Shown here piece by piece: positions 59,313-64,000 of a stretch of 64,000 nucleotides of DNA (positions within the stretch are counted from its first letter, which is position 1; each line of letters begins with the position of its first letter). Position numbers and translations under genes: made by a program. The stretch covers positions 6,562 through 70,561 of the forward strand of contig CAUUSW010000006.1 in the NCBI GenBank assembly GCA_963548005.1, read 5' to 3'. The stretch is from an uncultured Candidatus Saccharibacteria bacterium. Its GTDB lineage: Bacteria; Patescibacteriota; Saccharimonadia; Saccharimonadales; Saccharimonadaceae. The notes below the pieces were generated by a model. The model made no database searches, had not been told where the DNA came from, and saw only the letters and a program-made list of their open reading frames with translations.

Positions 59313-60197
59313 TTATTCTTCCGCTTTAGGCGGCTTTTGCATAATCTCTTTATATGCAGCTATCAACGTAGTTATTTGCTCATCAGATAAGCCATTACGC
59401 TGCAATTTCTCTATGCAGTATGCGTATTCCCCGCCACTAGCCTGATCAGTCATCTCTTTCATAGCAAGGCCAGCAATATCATACGCTACCAATGCTGTTT
59501 GCACCGCAGAAAGCCCACCGCCAGTTTCCATAAATATGCGGTCATAAAACTCACGAGATTTCTCATATGGATCGCCTGTTTTATTAGCAGCAGCCTGAGC
59601 ATCCATTACCCGCTCCACCTGTTCTGGTGAAACATCCTCACCACCAAGTGCTTCATTGAGAAAACCAAACCAAGGCGAGTGGGACGTCTCATCAAGCACC
59701 AGCAGATGGTCTGCGATCATGTCTGTTTTCTCGGTGCCATCCATCACGCGTTGAGAATCCAGCTCAGTCGACACACACATCATCACGAACATTTCACTCG
59801 CAATACGCTTTTCGATGTAAACTTGTAGCTGCAAATCAATTGCTTCGGCCAGTGCTAACTCATCACCTCGACACTCATCAAGAGCTGAAATATCTAGCTT
59901 GCTAAAATCACCGTTTTCTACATCTTGTCGGTAGACCTCAAAGACAGCATCCTCTCTTTTGGACGACTCTTCATCACTCAATCCCAGCTGATAAATTGTG
60001 TTCACGCCATGCTTCTCTAGCATGTTATTGATCCAAAAAGCAACATTATCTCTAACCTCAGAAGCATGCTCTGCTTTCTCTACGAGGGCCGCCAGTTCAG
60101 TATCCATGTCATCTGGATCGCCCAATATCTCCGACCGCTCCCAATCCGACTCTTTACCAAATTGACCATTGCGTGGTGGTTGATCTATTCCTGCCAT
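59313..60197 (-). CDS. Hypothetical acidic helical protein
   Basis: 294-aa ORF, Asp/Glu rich, no recognisable motif. Confidence 0.7.
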   Translation of the reverse strand: MAGIDQPPRNGQFGKESDWERSEILGDPDDMDTELAALVEKAEHASEVRDNVAFWINNMLEKHGVNTIYQLGLSDEESSKREDAVFEVYRQDVENGDFSKLDISALDECRGDELALAEAIDLQLQVYIEKRIASEMFVMMCVSTELDSQRVMDGTEKTDMIADHLLVLDETSHSPWFGFLNEALGGEDVSPEQVERVMDAQAAANKTGDPYEKSREFYDRIFMETGGGLSAVQTALVAYDIAGLAMKEMTDQASGGEYAYCIEKLQRNGLSDEQITTLIAAYKEIMQKPPKAEE

Positions 60198-60223
60198 ATT
60201 CCTGTAGAATACACTATAAACTA

Positions 60224-61201
60224 CTATTTGTCAAATATCAGCGGTTTCTGGCACACCGGACAAATGTGCGTACCGCGACCACTAACTTTTAGCTTGATGA
60301 TTTCTTGGTCGGGGTGGCGGTGGCAGGCCTGACCTTCGCGGCGAAATACATGAGCAAATGTCAGATAATTCCCTTTTCGGCCCTCGGCATCAACGTAATT
60401 TTTATCGGTTGAGCCACCTTGATCGATGCTGAGTTGCAAGACGCGCCGCAGCTCCTTAAATAATGTATTCAGCTGCTGATCGCTAACATTTTTTACCCGC
60501 GTTTGCGGATGAATCTGTGCTGCCCACAATGCCTCGTCAGCATAAATATTACCAACCCCGGCGATCACTGCTTGGTCAAGAAAAGCTGGTTTGATCATCG
60601 AATTCTGACGACGACGAATCCGCTGGATAAAATCCTCGGCGCGCGTCTGAGGATCAAGCGGCTCCGGTCCAACTTTTTGCATGAACGGCAGGTTTTTTAC
60701 TTCATCAGTCGGCAGCAATTTTACCCAGCCAAACTTGCGCTGATCGTTAAAAAACAGCCGCGACCCGTCCACAAAATCAATCTGTACCCGCGTCGACCGA
60801 TCTGGCAACTCACCAATCAAGCTGTCGTTTGGATGGCCGCCAGCGAAGTCGTTGATCTCGCGAGCGGTATCCGTAGAAAAATCTTGGGCAACGTTACGTG
60901 GGTCCCGAGATTTTTTTGGGGATACCCGAGCGCCATGGCGAGAGCTTTGGCGAAATACCAACTGCCCCGTCATCTTCAAATGTACCACCAGCGAGTAGCG
61001 AGTATCCAGGTCGATCATCAGCACTTTTGCCCGCCGCCGCACCGCCATCACGCGCGCGCCATACAAAAATTGCTCGACATCAGCAGGCGCATTCGGGAAA
61101 CTTTTTGGCGAATCAAACACCGACACTCGCGCCACCACTCGGTCCGGCAGTAGCTCCGCCAAACCGCGGCGAACTGTCTCGACTTCGGGAAGTTCTGGCA
61201 T
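60224..61201 (-). CDS. mutM: Formamidopyrimidine-DNA glycosylase with ~30-aa insert
   Basis: MPELPEVET, HLKMTG, DQRKFG, GVGNIYADE, C-terminal zinc finger. Confidence 0.95.
   Translation of the reverse strand: MPELPEVETVRRGLAELLPDRVVARVSVFDSPKSFPNAPADVEQFLYGARVMAVRRRAKVLMIDLDTRYSLVVHLKMTGQLVFRQSSRHGARVSPKKSRDPRNVAQDFSTDTAREINDFAGGHPNDSLIGELPDRSTRVQIDFVDGSRLFFNDQRKFGWVKLLPTDEVKNLPFMQKVGPEPLDPQTRAEDFIQRIRRRQNSMIKPAFLDQAVIAGVGNIYADEALWAAQIHPQTRVKNVSDQQLNTLFKELRRVLQLSIDQGGSTDKNYVDAEGRKGNYLTFAHVFRREGQACHRHPDQEIIKLKVSGRGTHICPVCQKPLIFDK
60857..60942. repeat. Palindromic element inside the mutM reading frame
   Basis: GGTATCC-GT-AGAAAAATCTTGGG (60866-60888) pairs with CCCGAGATTTTTTT-GG-GGATACC (60904-60926); outer CTCGC/GCGAG. 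Confidence 0.7.
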
Positions 61202-61207
61202 ACGCTC

Positions 61208-61855
61208 CTAAAACTTGAACAGCGTATCCCGCTGGTACAGCCCGATAGAGGTGGCCATTTTGCTACCGTCAGGGATTTGCTTGATAAACATATCGACGAT
61301 TTCCTCGACATTAGCAACCGCCGAGCCTTTAGAGCCACTACAATCCGACGTCCACAGCGCTTTGATCGATGTTCCATTCATCAACAATTCAAATTTGTAC
61401 ACCTTGCCAGTTGCACAAATACCGCGCAGGTCATTTTGCTCATCGCTCAGTTGCCGGCCCTCCATCATCTTGCGCTTGTCCAGTGCATACACCAACTCTT
61501 CATAAGCCTTGGCGTTATTATTCAGCTGCTTGGTGTTCAGCTGCTTCTCGACATACCCCTCATACGTCGTCATCACCCGCGACGACGGCGCAATAGTTAT
61601 TTGATACGAACGGAATTTCTCATTAGCGACAATCGGGCCACGCACTGTCAGTCTGACCGCTCGGCTCTCGTCGGTTTGTAGCAAGTCGCTTTTTTTCTGC
61701 TCGGTCGTCTCCTGCTGCTGTTTTTGCTCGTCGCCACCAAATATCGACCGGCTGATGCTGATAATCGCAACAATGGTCACGATGGTGATGATAATGACTA
61801 GTAAAATCGGCACAAACCGGGAAAAAGAATTAAACGAATTATACGTACGCCTCAT
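61208..61855 (-). CDS. Hypothetical single-TM protein
   Basis: TGGTATAAT 6 nt before ATG; TM, then VRGPIVANEKFRSYQI..CATG..WTSDC. Confidence 0.78.
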   Translation of the reverse strand: MRRTYNSFNSFSRFVPILLVIIITIVTIVAIISISRSIFGGDEQKQQQETTEQKKSDLLQTDESRAVRLTVRGPIVANEKFRSYQITIAPSSRVMTTYEGYVEKQLNTKQLNNNAKAYEELVYALDKRKMMEGRQLSDEQNDLRGICATGKVYKFELLMNGTSIKALWTSDCSGSKGSAVANVEEIVDMFIKQIPDGSKMATSIGLYQRDTLFKF

Positions 61856-61901
61856 GGGTTGATTATACCATATTCTGCCAGTTTTGCATTTATTGCCTCG
61901 G

Positions 61902-64000
61902 CTACACCTCGTCCCAGTGCAGCCCTACGCCGACATCCACTTTTAGCGCAATCGGCAGTTCCGGACAAATACTTTCCATTTCCGTGCGCATGATTTCGCC
62001 AACTCGCTCAGCGTCTTCCGGCGCGCATTCCACCAAAATTGAGTCGTGGACTTGCAGGACTGGCTCGGCTAGCCCGGCCAATTTGTCCTCCAGCCGAATC
62101 ATCGCCAGTTTCATCAAATCCGCCTCAGTTCCCTGAATTGGCATATTCATGGCTGCCCGCTCGGCCGCCGAACGCACCATAAAATTGCTCGACTTGACGT
62201 CTGGCGTGGGCCGCCGCCGGCCAAAATAAGTCTCAACAAAACCTTGTTCGCGCGCTTGAACTAAAATTGTATCCAAATATTGGCGGATTGGCTGGCGCAC
62301 CGCAAAATAGTGTTCAATAAACCGCTTCGCCTCAGTAAACGTCATGCCGGTCGCCGCCGCTAGCCCGTGCGGACTCATACCATACAGCACGCCAAAGTTG
62401 ATCACCTTGGCCGCGCGCCGCTGTAATTTCGTCACCTCGGCCATCGGCACGCCGTAGGTCTCGGCCGCTGTCTTGGTATGAATATCAACATCGCTATTAA
62501 AATCGTTAATCAGCTGCTCGTCGCCCGCCAGCACCGCCGCCAGCCGCAGCTCAAATTGTGAATAATCCGCACCAACGAAGACCTTATCCTCACTCGGCAC
62601 AAACGCCTGGCGAATTTTCCGGCCCAATTCCGTCCGCACGGGGATGTTCTGCAGGTTAGGATTGGTGCTGCTCAGCCGCCCGGTGCTGGTGACATCTTGG
62701 TTGAAGGTGGTGTGAATCCGTCCGTCCTCGGCCACTAGCTTCGGCAGCGCTTCAATGTAGGTGCTGATCAATTTAGTCAGCTCCCGGTACCGCTCAATCA
62801 GCTCAATGATTGGGTGTTGCCCGCGCAACTTATCCAGCTCTTTCTGCCCCGTCGAATAGCCAGTTTTGCCTTTTTTGATACCAGTCGTCGGCAGCTGCAA
62901 CTTGGTAAATAACACCTCGGACAGCTGCGCCGGACTAGCAGCATTAAACTCGCGCCCAGCCATCGCATACATTTGTTGTTCAAGCTGACTAACCTCCGCC
63001 CTCAGTTCCTCACCCATGCGTTCGAGGAGTGCTGTGTCTAGCTTCATACCACGCTTTTCCATCTGAAACAGCGGCCAAATCACCGGAAAATCAAACTCGC
63101 GAAGCACCCGAGCAATCTGCTGATGCGTCGCCATATAATCCTGCTGCTGACGGTAAATCTGCCGTAGTCGTGCCAACTGCCGCGACACGGAATTATCCTC
63201 AGAAAAATCACCCGCCAGTGCCGCTAAACTACGGTCGCGCCTCAGCGGATCGATCAAAAATGCCGCCTGCCCAACATCCCAGACCTCATGAAACCGCACC
63301 GTCACGTTATGGGCGTCTAGCGTGTGATACAGTACCTTGACATCCGCCGCGATCACCACACCCTGCGCCAACAGCTGCCAAACCGACCAGCCAATTTCAC
63401 TAATCTTCGCCCGCCACGCCACGCCAGGTTTGGAATTGATATACACCGTGTCCGGCTCTAAGGAGTCAATATAGATACTATTTTCTGCCTCAAACAGCGG
63501 CTCAGCCGGCAAATCTTCGACGCGCGGCAATTCCAGTTCCACCGTCTCTGCTACCTCATCCACCGCTTGCATTGTTCGCGGCAGCCGCCCAATCAGCGAA
63601 TGAAACTCCAATTTCCGCAAAATTTCCGCCACCCGGGCAAAATCGCAGTCGTTAACATCAGCCACCTCCCAGTCCAGCTCCACCGGTGCATCTGTCCAGA
63701 TTTCTGCCACCTGCTTGGTCAGATATGCCGACTCGCGGCCACTTGCTAGCTTTGTCCGTAGAGCACCTATTTGCTCATCCAAGTGCGCGTACACCCCGTC
63801 CAGTGTATCATATGCCTGCAATAATTTCACCGCCGTCTTTTCACCAACACCCGGCACTCCCGGCAAATTATCACTTGAATCACCTTTTAGCGCCTTCAAA
63901 TCCAAAAACTGGTCCGTCCGAATACCATATTTTTGTTCAAAATATTCTGCCGTAAATTCCTCAATATTCCTCAGGCCATTTTTCATGGCGTACACTTTAG
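61902..64000 (-). CDS. polA: DNA polymerase I (5' end outside window)
   Basis: GDSSDNLPGVPGVGEKTA, TGRLSS.NPNLQNIP, ADYSQFELR, AKVINFGVLYG, QVHD. Confidence 0.97.
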   Translation of the reverse strand, partial: KVYAMKNGLRNIEEFTAEYFEQKYGIRTDQFLDLKALKGDSSDNLPGVPGVGEKTAVKLLQAYDTLDGVYAHLDEQIGALRTKLASGRESAYLTKQVAEIWTDAPVELDWEVADVNDCDFARVAEILRKLEFHSLIGRLPRTMQAVDEVAETVELELPRVEDLPAEPLFEAENSIYIDSLEPDTVYINSKPGVAWRAKISEIGWSVWQLLAQGVVIAADVKVLYHTLDAHNVTVRFHEVWDVGQAAFLIDPLRRDRSLAALAGDFSEDNSVSRQLARLRQIYRQQQDYMATHQQIARVLREFDFPVIWPLFQMEKRGMKLDTALLERMGEELRAEVSQLEQQMYAMAGREFNAASPAQLSEVLFTKLQLPTTGIKKGKTGYSTGQKELDKLRGQHPIIELIERYRELTKLISTYIEALPKLVAEDGRIHTTFNQDVTSTGRLSSTNPNLQNIPVRTELGRKIRQAFVPSEDKVFVGADYSQFELRLAAVLAGDEQLINDFNSDVDIHTKTAAETYGVPMAEVTKLQRRAAKVINFGVLYGMSPHGLAAATGMTFTEAKRFIEHYFAVRQPIRQYLDTILVQAREQGFVETYFGRRRPTPDVKSSNFMVRSAAERAAMNMPIQGTEADLMKLAMIRLEDKLAGLAEPVLQVHDSILVECAPEDAERVGEIMRTEMESICPELPIALKVDVGVGLHWDEV

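Noticed and set aside
1..64000. Alternative genetic code 25 (TGA=Gly)
   Set aside because: Conserved genes are intact under code 11, and pilM, truB and udg end naturally at TGA.

Overview
Core-chromosome segment of a small-genome bacterium, most likely Saccharibacteria (TM7, Patescibacteria/CPR). That call is inferred from gene content: a monoderm-type type IV pilus locus with no secretin, a sortase, a VirD4-like ATPase and almost no biosynthesis. Genetic code 11 fits (TGA is used as stop). Most genes are on the minus strand. Contents: translation and RNA genes (infC-rpmI-rplT, rpmB, thrS, miaA, ychF, tlyA, efp, rpsF-ssb-rpsR, rnj, pnp, rpsO, truB, rpsT), replication/repair genes (polA partial, holA, mutM, udg, xer, ftsK, comM, nrdR) and a 15-kb type IV pilus cluster. 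RNA genes: tmRNA, RNase P RNA, a probable short 6S RNA, three tRNAs and a T-box leader. No CRISPR array, prophage or transposase was seen. The strongest unexplained signal is a 16-bp pseudo-palindromic motif, TGNWAWWWWTACAWCR (8 exact and about 9 near copies). It forms two clusters (5.6-14.2 kb and 38.9-40.05 kb) that coincide with AT-rich patches, including inside housekeeping genes. Other notable items: two orphan ncRNA candidates near tmRNA, an apparently split pilus-associated adhesin joined by an in-frame TAG-ATG, an in-frame palindromic insert in mutM, two tRNAs each followed 7 nt later by an ATG, and widespread leaderless gene starts. All calls were made by eye without database searches.
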